Source: Pelagomonas calceolata (lineage: Eukaryota). From it: a DNA stretch of 64,000 nt. The stretch covers positions 620,001-684,000 of the forward strand of contig CAKKNE010000006.1 of the NCBI GenBank assembly GCA_918797485.1, read 5' to 3'. Positions 20,537-31,418 of this stretch are shown one piece after another. The notes beneath the pieces are model-generated. The model was not told the DNA's origin and made no database searches. It saw only the letters and a program-made list of their open reading frames with translations. Each line of letters opens with the position of its first letter. The stretch's first letter is position 1. The position numbers and the translations under genes are program-made.

Positions 20537-21607
20537 ATGAAACGACTCATCACTATGCTCTCGCTCCAGCACACCGCAGCAGTCGTCCTCAAGCGCGCGG
20601 CAGCGGCGACGCCCCAGGCCTTCGAGCGCGCCACGGGCTTGCGGGTGCTGCATATGTCGCCCGCCGTCGTGGTCGTGGACAAGCCGACGGGTTTGCGGTC
20701 CGTTCCGGCCTACGGCCCGACGCGGGCGCTCCTCGCGGACTTCGCGCGGCGCCAGGCGGCGGGCGAAGCGGATCTGCAAGAAAAGTTCGAGCGGCCGACG
20801 CGGCGGGACCGGTGGTGCGGCGTGGCGCGCGACCTCGACGGCCTAGCACCAGAGCTGAGAAGGCGCTGGGACTCGCTGCCGCGGACGAAGAGCAAATTCA
20901 TCAAATTCTGCGGCGGGCCAGCGGGCGGGAGATTGAATCTAGACGAAGCCGAGGACGCCTGGCAGCTTTTAAGGGCAGCGGTCGCCCAGCGCGAAGCCGA
21001 GGAGGGCATGGAAGAGTCAGACAGCGTTCTTCGAAGGGTCCAGCGCGAGGCGGGGTTTCCGGAGGCGTGTCCGGTCCATCGATTGGACTACGCGACGTCA
21101 GGTTGCTTAGCGGTGGCCCTGACGCAAGCGGGCGCGTCGGACATCTCGCTGCAGTGGCGGAAGAGGACGGTCGACAAGGCGTACGAGGCGGTGGTCGAGG
21201 GTACCGTAGCTCGTGATGAAGGTCTGATCGACAAGGCGCTTCTGAGAGTCGACGCGGTGAAGAGGTCGGGCGACCCGTCTCGCGTCGAGGTTGTGGACGA
21301 CGATGTGCCGGGCGCGAAATTGTCGCTGTCCTCGTACAAGGTGCTCGCGCGGTCCGATCGTGCCACGGTGCTGGACCTGACGCCCCACACCGGGCGTTTG
21401 CACCAATTGCGAGCTCACTGCAAGGCGCTCGGCCACCCCATCGTCGGCGACTGGCTCTACGGCACGGGCGACGCGAACCGGCTCTGCCTCCACGCGTCGC
21501 GGCTCGCCTTCGACGACCCGGCGCTCGGGGGGGAGCGCGTCTGCGTGGCGTCGGCGGCGAGTTGGGAACTGTCGGAGCCTTTCCCGGAGTTGGTGTATGT
21601 TTCGTAA
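20537..21607 (+). CDS. RluA-family pseudouridine synthase
   Basis: VVDKPTGL, VHRLDYATSG, TGRLHQLRAH, GHPIVGDWLYG, LCLHA. Confidence 0.95.
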   Translation: MKRLITMLSLQHTAAVVLKRAAAATPQAFERATGLRVLHMSPAVVVVDKPTGLRSVPAYGPTRALLADFARRQAAGEADLQEKFERPTRRDRWCGVARDLDGLAPELRRRWDSLPRTKSKFIKFCGGPAGGRLNLDEAEDAWQLLRAAVAQREAEEGMEESDSVLRRVQREAGFPEACPVHRLDYATSGCLAVALTQAGASDISLQWRKRTVDKAYEAVVEGTVARDEGLIDKALLRVDAVKRSGDPSRVEVVDDDVPGAKLSLSSYKVLARSDRATVLDLTPHTGRLHQLRAHCKALGHPIVGDWLYGTGDANRLCLHASRLAFDDPALGGERVCVASAASWELSEPFPELVYVS

Positions 21608-22289
21608 ATTGTACTTGCTTTGCTTAGAGCGCTGCCTCGCCACGACCCGCAGCGGGGTCGCGTGACCGCGCGCCCGCCCCCTCGACTTGGGGCCTTGTTT
21701 ATGACTACTCACGAGAGAGAGAATAGTAACGACGCGTACGCTAGATTTCCGTTTCCACCTCGCTCGCCCCACGCCTTGGCAGCCATACCTGGCTCCTCGG
21801 CGGCCGCGGCGCCGCCCGCGTGGAAGGAACTACGGTTTAAGTATCGGTACCCGTGCCTCGCGAGACCTGCAAGCGACGAATTCGGAGTCGTCGGCGCGAA
21901 GGCGGCTCAGAACCCTAGTGTGTCGAAGCGCTAGCTCTCAGCAAAAAGTGAGAGCTCACCGACGGAGGTGAAACCTAGGCGACGGTCCCCAGAACGGGCT
22001 GGAGCGCGAGTGGATGTACGAGCGCTCCGCTTTGCTCAGGATCATGTACCGCTGGACCCGTTATATTTTAGTCTACAAAGAGGACTCCTATATGTGCTCC
22101 ACGTATGTGGCCTACTATCTTAGGCCGCGCCGCGGCCGGTGCGCCGCGGCGTCTATCCTACCCCTCCCGCGCGTCGCCGGCGGCGGCGATGCGGGCTCTG
22201 GTCCCCGACGGCCCTGGTCGGACAAGCATAGGACCCCCCTAAGATGACTTACTCGACAGTTCACCGGAAGTTAAGATACACAAATCGAA

Positions 22290-23488
22290 TTACTGCCCGG
22301 CCTTCATCCGCTCCTCCGCCAATCCTGCAGCATACGCGTAGAAATCCCGGTCCAGGGGCATGCGCCGCGCGATCTCCTCGTTCCAGTCTTGGCGCCACGC
22401 CTCCAACAATTTAAGATTGGGCGCCGGGTTCCTCTTCGCACGGAACGCATCAAAATCGGAGGAAGCCCAGCCAAGCGTCCGCTTCACGAGGGGCCCGAAG
22501 TCGCCCAGCCTTTCAGTTAGCAGAATGACGCTGAAAGTTCTTCGTAAAACATCCTTGGCCTTTGCTAGCGCAGTTTCGTCCACAACGACCGCCCTCTCGC
22601 CCATTCCTAGCAACCGGCGGACGTAGTACGCGTCTAATGGCTGCTCCCGCTCCACAAACCTTCCAAAGGACGGCGCATCATCGGACACTTCCGCGACGTC
22701 GCTATTCCCGCGGATTCGCTTCGTCGCAACAGCATACAAGTCCTTCCGCCGCCACTTCCAGAAGTAGTACGAAACGAAGCGCCGCGTCGGTTCCCGCACC
22801 ACGATGGCATACACGAGCTTGTTTGGGTAGGGCGCTAGAAGATTCGCGCTGCCTGCGCGGAACGACGCCGTCACGCTGCCTGTTTGTGCACGAGGCGCCT
22901 AGACTCTCGCGGCCGCGTCGACGGCGTCGAGGCGGCGCGGCATCGCGTCACGCCTTGGCGGAGACCAAGTCAAGTTCAAGTCCAATATTCATTTGATACT
23001 CCGAGTCACGGACCGGGGAAGCCCTTCTCCGTGGCCACGAAGCGCACGTCCTGCTGTCGCAGCGTCGCGAACCAGCGCGTCTGCTCCGAAGCACCCATGG
23101 TCCACCAGGGCACGCGGCGGCCGCCGAGCTCAGGATCGCCGTTGCGATTGACACGGGCGAGGCCCGCCCGGTTTCCGCGCGCCATGTCCACTAAGGTCGT
23201 GCCGCCGCCCTTGTGGACATGGACGAAAACCAGGGTTGCATCATTACAACGATAGAGCCGCTCGGCGCAGGTGCGCTGTGCGGCCGCCGCCGCGTCCGTC
23301 AGAGTCGCAGCGAGCGTGCCGTTCGTCGGCGCTGCGCACCTCGTGTCGCAAGCCTCGCCGGCCGTCTTCGGCAGAGGCGTGTGGGAGCCCTGCCACCAAG
23401 AGGCGCAAACGAGGAGAATCGCGGCGACGCCGCACCAGACGTAGCGCCTCTGGTCCGGCGCGGGCGCGCGGCGCCGCTCCGCGCCCAT
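22290..23488 (-). CDS. Type II membrane sulfotransferase-like protein; 2 exons, intron 22880-23013
   Basis: N-terminal TM; FVHVHKGGGTT (5'-PSB loop) and VREPTRRFVSYY (3'-PB); in-frame join after intron removal. Confidence 0.8.
22880..23013 (-). mobile_element. Repeat-family intron (family B), 134 nt
   Basis: GTCCGTGACTC...AAACAG; homologous to introns at 32405 and 34025. Confidence 0.7.
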
Positions 23489-23655
23489 GGTCGTCGCGGC
23501 GGCTGGCTACCCTAGGGTGGTTTTGGCACTACTGCTGTACAGAAACGCTGGCGCGTCGTAGCGTCCACCGCTGCAATTCGCGATAAGACGCCGCAGTTAT
23601 TAAGCAGCGAGAGCTTGCACAACAAATGCGGTGATCAAGCAAATAAAAAAAGCTT

Positions 23656-23679
23656 GCTAGTGTCTTACAGGCCGCTAGC
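23656..23679 (+). promoter_or_regulatory. Intergenic dyad motif copy
   Basis: GCTAGTGTCTTACAGGCCGCTAGC. Confidence 0.6.
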
Positions 23680-23766
23680 GCGATTTCCTAACGCGGGAGC
23701 CCTTGGAAGCTGACCTTGAGGCCGAAACCCCTCAGAAAAAGGCAAAACCCGTGGATTATTTTCAAC

Positions 23767-24513
23767 TTACGCCTCCTCCTTGTTTGTCAACACAAACAAG
23801 CCCATGATCGACACGAGCACGTACTTGAGCGCCGGGTAGTCGTTTAGAATGATGGTGACCATCCCGACGTAGCGTAAAGTGCCGACCTGTGCGCAAATCA
23901 ACCAATGAGTGTGATGCAGTCGATCCCTGGGCGTCGCATCGATGGCGTTCAGCTCATGATTCGTGCACTGGTGCCGACGGCTCGCCCTAATACATCGTCT
24001 CGTTCGAGCCACAGCTGCCCGGGCGCGTAGAGGCCTCGGTCGTCGACGCGATTATTGTCTCCTTTCGTGAGGAGCTCGACCGCGCCCGACGCCTTCTCGT
24101 GGACCTTCATCACGCGATGCACGATAGGAATATCGCGGTCCTTAATCTTGAAGACGACGACCTCGCCCACCTGCGCGCAAATCAATCAGTGAGAACGGGC
24201 GTCGCGTCGATGGCGTGAAGGCCATGAGTAAAAGCAGCGCAACAATTTGATTATATGCGCTGCCGCCCACCCGGATCGGGTTCGCTTGGTTGTTAAGGAA
24301 CAAGATGTCGCCGCGCTGAAACGCCGGCTCCATGCTGCCGCTGAGCACCACGACGACGGGCGATTCACTCTTCGTCAGGAACATGAGGCCCTTCCAGATC
24401 ATCAAGGCCGAAAAGACGATCATCGCGAGGTTGAGGCCCTGGTGCAGCAGGAGCCGCTTGTTCTTCCATAGCTTCTTGAGCTCGGCAATCTGGTCCTCAA
24501 CGATCTCGAGCAT
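23767..24513 (-). CDS. SEC11: Signal peptidase complex catalytic subunit; 3 exons (introns 24171-24270, 23887-23978)
   Basis: [48 protein letters not shown]. Confidence 0.95.
23879..23978 (-). mobile_element. Introner element with perfect 8-bp TSD
   Basis: GTGCCGAC at 23879-86 and 23971-78; imperfect TIR CTGTGCGCAAATCA / TGATTCGTGCACTG. Confidence 0.85.
24163..24270 (-). mobile_element. Introner element
   Basis: TSD GTGGGCG(G/A) 7/8; ends CTGCGCGCAAATCAA / TTGATTATATGCGCTG. Confidence 0.8.
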
Positions 24514-24717
24514 CCTTGGCTAGATGCGCGGCCACGGGGCCCTGGTTGTTGCCGTGTGTGCAGCGGAGTGCTTGCAGTGCAGTAGGCGCAGCGGGGGCGC
24601 GTTGACAGCGTCGAGCGGTCCCAGCAGTGCTCACAACTGGATACGAAAGCGCACAGGTGGACTTAGAGGTAGCGTTGCGACGTACAAGACGATCGCTTCA
24701 GCCAGCCAGCCTGGACA

Positions 24718-24740
24718 GCTAGCGCCTGTAAGATACTAGC
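24718..24740 (-). promoter_or_regulatory. Intergenic dyad motif copy
   Basis: Reverse complement GCTAGTATCTTACAGGCGCTAGC upstream of SEC11. Confidence 0.55.
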
Positions 24741-25003
24741 GTTGAACATTTTGGGAGGAAGCTGTATGAAAGAAACAGCACACGCCCGCCGCCGATGAAT
24801 CGGCGACGCGCGATGTCCCCCCAGGGCTCCGCCCACTAGTCCTAGCACCGTAACAATAATACCGTCAGGCGCTAGCCGTAACATGCGCGCGACTGCGCGA
24901 CGGTCAGGCTTGGGGCGGGACGATGGGTCGGCTTGGCGGTAATCAAGGAAGTAATCCACAAATTGCGGAGCCTCAAGATAGATAAACACTAATTAGTCAG
25001 CAG

Positions 25004-26398
25004 TCAAGAGAAGTTCGACACGTGGCACGCCTCGAACGGCCGCAGGTTCCCGAGCGACCCGTGCGCCGCCTGCGCGTGGCCCTGGTCCCGTAGAAAGCGC
25101 GCCGCCGTCGACGCCACGTCGTCGTACGACACGGCGTCGATCCTCGCGAGCAGCTCGGCCAACGGCAACCTCCTGTCATACGTCAGCAGCTGCCGCCCGA
25201 GCTCCTCGCACACATGAGCTAAAGCATCTAATTGCGATATCAGATTCGCCTTCAGTTGAGCCTTGGCTCGTTCTACATCAGACGGCGACATGACCCGCTC
25301 CGGCTTTGTTGATAAAGTTGCAAAGTAGGACATCGTCGTCGCGACGGCCTGGTCGACGCCTTCGGGAGGAGCCACGAGATACAGCCCAAAGAGCCCCGCA
25401 TCTTTATAGCAGGTGTTGAAGGTCATGTACGAGTGGCAACTGTCCGAAGAAGCTAGGGATCGAGCTAGAGCTGCAGGCGCCGAGTCGACGCCGCCCGCGG
25501 CCGGATTCAACCTATCCCACTGCCCGACCAGCGTTTGTAGGACCATAAGCGGCACCGAATAGGGCGACGTCCACTCCGCACCATCAAACGCCAGAGCGAC
25601 ATGCGCCCGAGGTTCACTTAAGTCTTCATTACGAACTTCTGTGGGCGTGAAGACCGCCCGATCAAAGTCCACGGGGAAATCGGTCGAAGACGTCGTCGGC
25701 CGCCCGGACCAGTGTTCTTCGGCCAACCTTACGACTTCGCCGTGATCTAGAGCTCCGGCCGCGGCGACGACCATCCGAGGCGCGGTATAGTGCGTGTCGA
25801 TGTAACTCCGCAGATCCTTCGACTTCAGGGTCTTGATGTTCTCCTCCGGGCCCAGGATCGTCCTCCCAAGGCCACCACCGACGTAGGCGGCCTCGTGCAA
25901 CAAGTCCAGAATGAGCTCCTCGTGCTGCTTGTTGACTTCTTCCATCTCCCTCAGAATGACGTCGCGCTCCCGGTCGACGGCACCACTGTCAAGTAGTGAG
26001 TTCTGGAGGATGTCGCCCAGGATTTCCATTCCAACATCAACATCCTTCCGGAAAAGTTTCGCGTAGTAGACCGTCTGTTCGCGAGACGTGTAGGCATTCA
26101 AGTGGGCGCCCATGTCCTCGATGGCGACTTCGAGCTGGCGCTGCGTCCGTCGCTGCGTGCCCTTGAACGCGATATGCTCGAGAAAATGCGCGGCACCATT
26201 ATTGGACGCGGCCTCGTAGCGCGACCCGGCGTCGATCCACACGCCTAACGTGACCGTCTCGCACTCGGCGGGGACGCGTTCCGTGGCCACTCGTAGGCCG
26301 TTCTTGAGGGTGGAGACTTCGGTGTATTCCGGAAGCGCGCCTAGGACGGCCGCCGACGATTTGTGCCTTTGTATGACGCGGCGCGCGTGGCGGAGCAT
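25004..26398 (-). CDS. PMPCB: Mitochondrial processing peptidase beta subunit (M16)
   Basis: GVWIDAGSRYE, NNGAAHFLEH, LNAYTSREQTVYY; Arg-rich presequence from ATG 26398. Confidence 0.9.
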   Translation of the reverse strand: MLRHARRVIQRHKSSAAVLGALPEYTEVSTLKNGLRVATERVPAECETVTLGVWIDAGSRYEAASNNGAAHFLEHIAFKGTQRRTQRQLEVAIEDMGAHLNAYTSREQTVYYAKLFRKDVDVGMEILGDILQNSLLDSGAVDRERDVILREMEEVNKQHEELILDLLHEAAYVGGGLGRTILGPEENIKTLKSKDLRSYIDTHYTAPRMVVAAAGALDHGEVVRLAEEHWSGRPTTSSTDFPVDFDRAVFTPTEVRNEDLSEPRAHVALAFDGAEWTSPYSVPLMVLQTLVGQWDRLNPAAGGVDSAPAALARSLASSDSCHSYMTFNTCYKDAGLFGLYLVAPPEGVDQAVATTMSYFATLSTKPERVMSPSDVERAKAQLKANLISQLDALAHVCEELGRQLLTYDRRLPLAELLARIDAVSYDDVASTAARFLRDQGHAQAAHGSLGNLRPFEACHVSNFS

Positions 26399-26634
26399 GG
26401 CTTGTTGCGGCGACTGGCGTCTGGTGGTACTGCGGTGTCGCGGCGACAGGCGTCTGGGGTGCTGCGGTGCTGTCGCAGCGACTCTTGTGGTGGTCACCTC
26501 TGCAGCGGCAGCGATGGACGCAGGGCCCAGCGATGGACTCAGCGATTGATGTCGATAAATAATGAGTGCAGAGAGCGCACAACGCGCCTTACCTGCTCTA
26601 CGCGAAGCTCACGCTGCGCCTGCTTGCTTTGCTT

Positions 26635-26656
26635 GCTAGTGTCTTACACCGCTAGC
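26635..26656 (+). promoter_or_regulatory. Intergenic dyad motif copy
   Basis: GCTAGTGTCTTACACCGCTAGC upstream of MPP-beta. Confidence 0.55.
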
Positions 26657-26738
26657 CCCTGACGCGCGCGACGCGTGATCCACACGACGACAGGGTCGTC
26701 CAGGCCCAGGCTCTCTCGCTTCGGAGGTTACATTGTAT

Positions 26739-27325
26739 TTACGCACTACTCGCCGGCGTTTCGCGGGAGCGGAGCGCGGCTCGAGCCTCGGACAGATTAT
26801 GCTCAATCGCTTCTGTGATCGGGTGTGCGCCGCCGAGCACGCGCCGCGCGATCCGTGCCACGACATCGAGCGTCGTCACGGCCTCGCGGATATCGTCGAG
26901 CGTGGCGCCGCTGGCGTTGACGAGCGCCCCTGCATAATTCGCCCTCATCCTGAGCACGACTTCTTCATTCTCGCCGAGGACGCGTCGCGCCACGGGTATT
27001 ATTTTCAGAAGCAGTGACTTGGCTTCTTCGAAGCGCTCTAGACGACTAAGGGTGTCCGCGTAGTTGTAGCCTGCGCGAAGGGTTGATGGGTGTTCCTCGC
27101 CACTGAACTTTAAACGTGCGGAATATACTTCCTGTCGCATGCGTAGTGCCCGGTCTTCCTGTCCGAGCCTGTAGTACGTGTTCGCAAGATTGTTCTGTAC
27201 GGCGAGGATGCGTTCCTCTGATACGCCAAGGCGCCGCTTCGTGGCCAACTCGGCCTCTAGCACGGTCAACGCGTCCTCGACTTGGTGTGCAACGTATAGA
27301 CCGTTCCCGAGCATGTTCATCGCAC
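26739..27325 (-). pseudogene. 5'-truncated TPR-family gene fragment
   Basis: VQNNLANTY, NYADTL..FEEAKSLL..IPVARRVLGE; homology to the 61250 copy begins mid-protein next to a palindrome. Confidence 0.65.
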
Positions 27326-27329
27326 ATAA

Positions 27330-27359
27330 CACTAATGTACCGCATGCGGTACATTAGTG
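27330..27359. repeat. Perfect 30-bp palindrome CACTAATGTACCGCA|TGCGGTACATTAGTG
   Basis: Read directly; flanked by AA on both sides. Confidence 0.95.
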
Positions 27360-27539
27360 AAACTGAAGTGCAACTTTGACTTCAAGTTCAAAAACCCGCC
27401 TCGCGTTCTAAGTTGCATTTTTGGATTTGAGGTGTGTTTTTTTAAACTCGAGTTTAAACCCGGGGTAGGGGGTGGATTTTTGAGGGCCTTCGCGTCCCAG
27501 AAAGGACCCGGAAAGGGCCTCCCTGGCGCACACGAAGCA

Positions 27540-28013
27540 TATGTGCTCGGCGTGCAGGGCAATCTTGCAGGCGCGTATATACAGCTCGGACGGATGGAAG
27601 AGGCCTCACGGGTGCTAAGAGACGTATACTCCGGACGTTTGAGGCTCAACGGCGAAGAATCTATAGAGACCCTCATAGCAGCCAACAACTACGCGAACGC
27701 CCTTTTGAGTTTCAAGTGCCTCAAAGAAGCCAGGTCACTGTTGCTAAAAACGATTCCTGTGGCGCGACGCGTTCTTGGAGAAAGTCATGAAGTTACGCTC
27801 AGGGCGAGGGCGACTTACGCGGAGGCGCTCTACAAGGACCCCGCCGCCACGCTCGGTGATCTCAGTGAGGCCGTGACGACGCTCGAGGAGATAGGACCGA
27901 TCGCGCGGCGCGTGCTCGGTGGGTCGCATCCGCTCACAGCGCTGTTTGAGGATGCTCTACGAAGGTCACGAGCCGCGCTCCGCGCCCGCGACGCGCCGTC
28001 GACGAGTGGCTAA
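27540..28013 (+). pseudogene. 5'-truncated TPR-family gene fragment
   Basis: VQGNLAGAY, ANNYANAL..EARSLL..IPVARRVLGESH; upstream sequence is an AT-rich, non-coding-like spacer. Confidence 0.65.
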
Positions 28014-28045
28014 GAAGATATACTATGTTACAAAAAACGGCGCAC

Positions 28046-30313
28046 TCAAGAGTGCAAACACCCCGCCAGATCCGCCCGCGTCACAACCCCCGCAACGGAG
28101 TTGTCCTCGTGCGAGACCACCACTAAATGCCGCAGCCCCATCGTCACGAAGAGCCGATACGCTCGCGACAGCGGGCAGTCCGCGTAGACGACGTAGGGCG
28201 ACCGCACCATGACCGGTCCCAAGTCGAGGGGCTGCGGCCCCGACGCCAGTCTTCGCGGCGGCGTCTGCGGGCCGTCCCACCCTGCCGAAGACAGCGCCCG
28301 GTCCCGTCGGTCGTCGCGGCCGTCGCGGCGATGCGCGAGTAGAGCCGCGACGTGTTCTCGCAATACTAAACCAGCCAACGGCCTCTTGGATGGGTCCTCG
28401 GGCCCTTCATCACTCGACACGACGGGGAACGCCCCATGTGAGCAAGCATGCAGCACCTCCGACGCCGCCGACGCCGTCGTTAATCGAGTGAGCACTACCG
28501 GTACTTTCATGACGTCGGCCACAAATTTCCGATCGAAATTCGACGGCACGTGCTTTTCCAGGAACGGGATATTTTTCGAGTGCAACGCCACCTCGTAAAA
28601 ACCTCTTGACAGTAAGTTGCCGACGAATCGAGCTACCACAGTGGTCGCGACGATCGGTAGGAGCATGTGCACGTTGCCTGTGCCCTCCAGTACGATCACC
28701 ACCAATGATACGGTCGTGCGTTGGACGCCCGCTAATAATGCGACAGCACCTAAAACCCCTAAATGGCGCTGCGCGGGCGCCTGGAACCGTTTGCTGTTCT
28801 CGAACTTCGTGGATCGCGCCGCGGCGCCGCCCAGACACGCGCCGCAGTAGATCAAGGGTAAAAATAACCCTCCAGGTAGAGCGGTGCCGAAGACGAGCAA
28901 CAACGTCGCGAATGCTAGGCACCCGCAATAGAACAGTGACGAGGCGGAAAACGCGCCTCCAGCTAGTATTTTCTTGATCACGTTCTCTCTCGGAGCGAAC
29001 CACAGCGACGCGAGCTCGTTCACCTCGTCATCATCACAGCCGAAGCGCACCGCAAAAGAAGAATCAGTGGTCCAGGCGTGGCTGCGCCCCTCGCTGTCCT
29101 CTTCGTGTATTTGGACGCATCCTGTTGTTTTTGCCACTGCTAAGAAAGCTAGCGTCGTGATGCCGACGCCGAAGGCCGCTTCGGCGGTTCTCGCACCGAC
29201 GCGCCACGGCCGCGACGAGTAGGACCGCTCGGCGATGAGTCTACGGATCCTTTCTAGGAGCGCCCAGGCCCTCACGAAGAAGCCTCCTAATATACCACCA
29301 ACTAAACCAGCGGGAATCGCCAGTACAAGTAATTCTACCGACACATTTGGATCAGAACCCCCTAAGGATATCAAGCCGTAATGCGACAGTTTGGTGAGGC
29401 CGATGATGCCGTGGTCCAGCGCCAAAGCGGCGAAGACGGCTAGGGACGACGCGACGAGGCCTCTCCATAAAAGTTTATCGTCCCAGAAGCTCGACGCCTC
29501 TTCCAGCGCGAATAGAACACCTCCCACCGGAGCACCAAAGGCCGCGGCGAAGCCGCAGGCGCTTCCCAGCGAGAGGAAGTCGCGCCGGTCGATGTCCGTC
29601 CTAAAAAACGACGGCATCGTCTGCCGTAAGCGCACGCCGCCCGTGAGGAACGAGCCTGCCATGGCGCCGAGGTGCACCAACGGTCCCTCGGGGCCCAGCG
29701 ACGCGCCGGCGCCGACGGCCATAGCTGTGCCAAAAAATTTCACGAGAAAACACTTCGGCGAGAGGCAGCCCCTTACTCTAACGCCGTTGAGGTAGGCCTT
29801 CACTACTGGTATTCCTGATCCCGCCGCTCCGGGTGCTAGTAATGTGGTCGCGCCGGCCGCGAGGCACGCGAGGAGGCAGTCGAACAAAATACAACTTCTC
29901 ATCGTGCCAGGATCACCACCGAACCGCGCCCGCCGGTGCGCCACGATGGCGTTCGTGAGCTGCGACAACGCGACGGCGACGCAGCCCGTCACGATTCCTA
30001 AAGCAGCGGTTACCGCCCACCGCCAGAACGTTCTTCCGCTGTAGCCGAGCAGGATGCGTTTCTTCGCCGGCGTGTACTTCCTCGCTTCAGACAGGGAGGC
30101 GTCGCTCGTGAAGGGGTCATAATTAAGACTTCCGAAGCCGTCTTCGCTGGTCTCTTCTCTTAGGATGGTGCGCACGAGCTCGAGCGCGCGCGGGTATTGG
30201 GGAGGCGGCGGCGGCGTGATCGGTTCAACCTCGTCCTCATCGTCGGACCCCGCGCGGTTGCCGGGCAGCGGGCTGTAGAAGGTCTCGCGGTCTTCATTGT
30301 TTGCGCTGGCCAT
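28046..30313 (-). CDS. CLC chloride/proton exchanger with CBS domains (CLC-6/7-like)
   Basis: GSGIP, GPEGPLVH, AAAFGAPVGGVLFALEE, GLFLP, CBS pair ending MGLRHLVVV. Confidence 0.95.
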   Translation of the reverse strand: MASANNEDRETFYSPLPGNRAGSDDEDEVEPITPPPPPQYPRALELVRTILREETSEDGFGSLNYDPFTSDASLSEARKYTPAKKRILLGYSGRTFWRWAVTAALGIVTGCVAVALSQLTNAIVAHRRARFGGDPGTMRSCILFDCLLACLAAGATTLLAPGAAGSGIPVVKAYLNGVRVRGCLSPKCFLVKFFGTAMAVGAGASLGPEGPLVHLGAMAGSFLTGGVRLRQTMPSFFRTDIDRRDFLSLGSACGFAAAFGAPVGGVLFALEEASSFWDDKLLWRGLVASSLAVFAALALDHGIIGLTKLSHYGLISLGGSDPNVSVELLVLAIPAGLVGGILGGFFVRAWALLERIRRLIAERSYSSRPWRVGARTAEAAFGVGITTLAFLAVAKTTGCVQIHEEDSEGRSHAWTTDSSFAVRFGCDDDEVNELASLWFAPRENVIKKILAGGAFSASSLFYCGCLAFATLLLVFGTALPGGLFLPLIYCGACLGGAAARSTKFENSKRFQAPAQRHLGVLGAVALLAGVQRTTVSLVVIVLEGTGNVHMLLPIVATTVVARFVGNLLSRGFYEVALHSKNIPFLEKHVPSNFDRKFVADVMKVPVVLTRLTTASAASEVLHACSHGAFPVVSSDEGPEDPSKRPLAGLVLREHVAALLAHRRDGRDDRRDRALSSAGWDGPQTPPRRLASGPQPLDLGPVMVRSPYVVYADCPLSRAYRLFVTMGLRHLVVVSHEDNSVAGVVTRADLAGCLHS

Positions 30314-30566
30314 GGCCTGTGAAGTGACCAGCTCCAGTGTTGCTCGCGCACCGGCCTCTGAGCGGCCGTGCGACGCAGTGTTGATTTATGCACCCGAGGA
30401 GGTGTGCGGCAGCGCCGGGTCTTGTTTGATGACGAACTGCTGAGCGTTTTTGCTCTGGCATAATTCCTGGCATAATAACTAGCGTATCGACACACTAGCC
30501 CCAAAAAAGCACGCTTTGCTGCCGAAGCTTAAGCGTACCGCTCACCGGGCAGCCGAGCGCGGGCAG

Positions 30567-30624
30567 CCCTTGTCGGACCCGCACAGATCGCGGGCCCCTT
30601 GTCGGACCCGCACAGATCGCGGGC
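30567..30624 (+). repeat. Tandem duplication 2 x 29 bp just upstream of ATG 30634
   Basis: CCCTTGTCGGACCCGCACAGATCGCGGGC twice. Confidence 0.9.
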
Positions 30625-30633
30625 GCGGCCGCC

Positions 30634-30979
30634 ATGGGCGACTCGTCAATGAGCGCCAGTGAGTTAAGGAACCGCTATCATCAAGGGGGCAGCGCCGGAG
30701 ACGCGGACCTCTCCGCGTCGCAGCTGCGGGCGCGCTACGGCATCGCGTCGAACAGGGCCGGTGCGCGACGGCGTCCTTTTCGCGTCGACACGCGTCGCTT
30801 CGGCGCAGTGTCGGAAACGCGTCGTTCCCCCCCGCGCAGACTTCTCGACGGGCTGCAAGGACCGGCAGAACATGGCCATGGGCGCCGCGGCCGCCGTCGT
30901 CGTCGTGCTGCTTGTGCTCTACTTCTCGCTCGGCGGCTCGTCCGCGGAACCGGAGCGCATCGTCCTGACGCGCGGGTAA
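30634..30979 (+). CDS. Small single-TM protein; intron 30761-30839
   Basis: Internal repeat SASELRNRY / SASQLRARY; GT..CAG intron restores frame to a hydrophobic C-terminus. Confidence 0.65.
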
Positions 30980-31418
30980 CTTATGGGAAGGGAGTATGGG
31001 GTCGAGGGTACGCCTGTCCGCGAAACCGGGGCGTAGAGAGCTCCCTTCGCGGCGGCGGCGCGTAGAGCTCGAGAGCGCGGGCGCGCGACGCGACGGGCAT
31101 TTCGGCACAAGCCGGCGCCGCTCAGCCCTCGCCGCGCCGACGAGGCGACTCGAGAGCTCCGCGCACCACTCCCGACGAAGGCTACCGGAGGGTATCTCCG
31201 GAGGGTACGGGGTCAGGCAGCTCAGCCGCTCGACAGCTGCGCTGTGCCAACGCCCGCGCCCGCCGCCGGTAAAGGCTGCCCGATCACCAAAGACGCGCCC
31301 AAGGGTGCGCTCTACGCCGACGCCCGAGCCCGAGCAACGACGAAGGGCTGCCCCCGAGCGCGTTGGCCAATAGCTCACAGCAAAACCCAATAGCTCGCCC
31401 CCGAGCAACGACGGAACG

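Noticed and set aside
21620..22280. Unassigned 660-bp convergent spacer as an ncRNA or small gene
   Set aside because: No recognisable snRNA/tRNA motif or convincing ORF; only a dyad-motif copy at 21914
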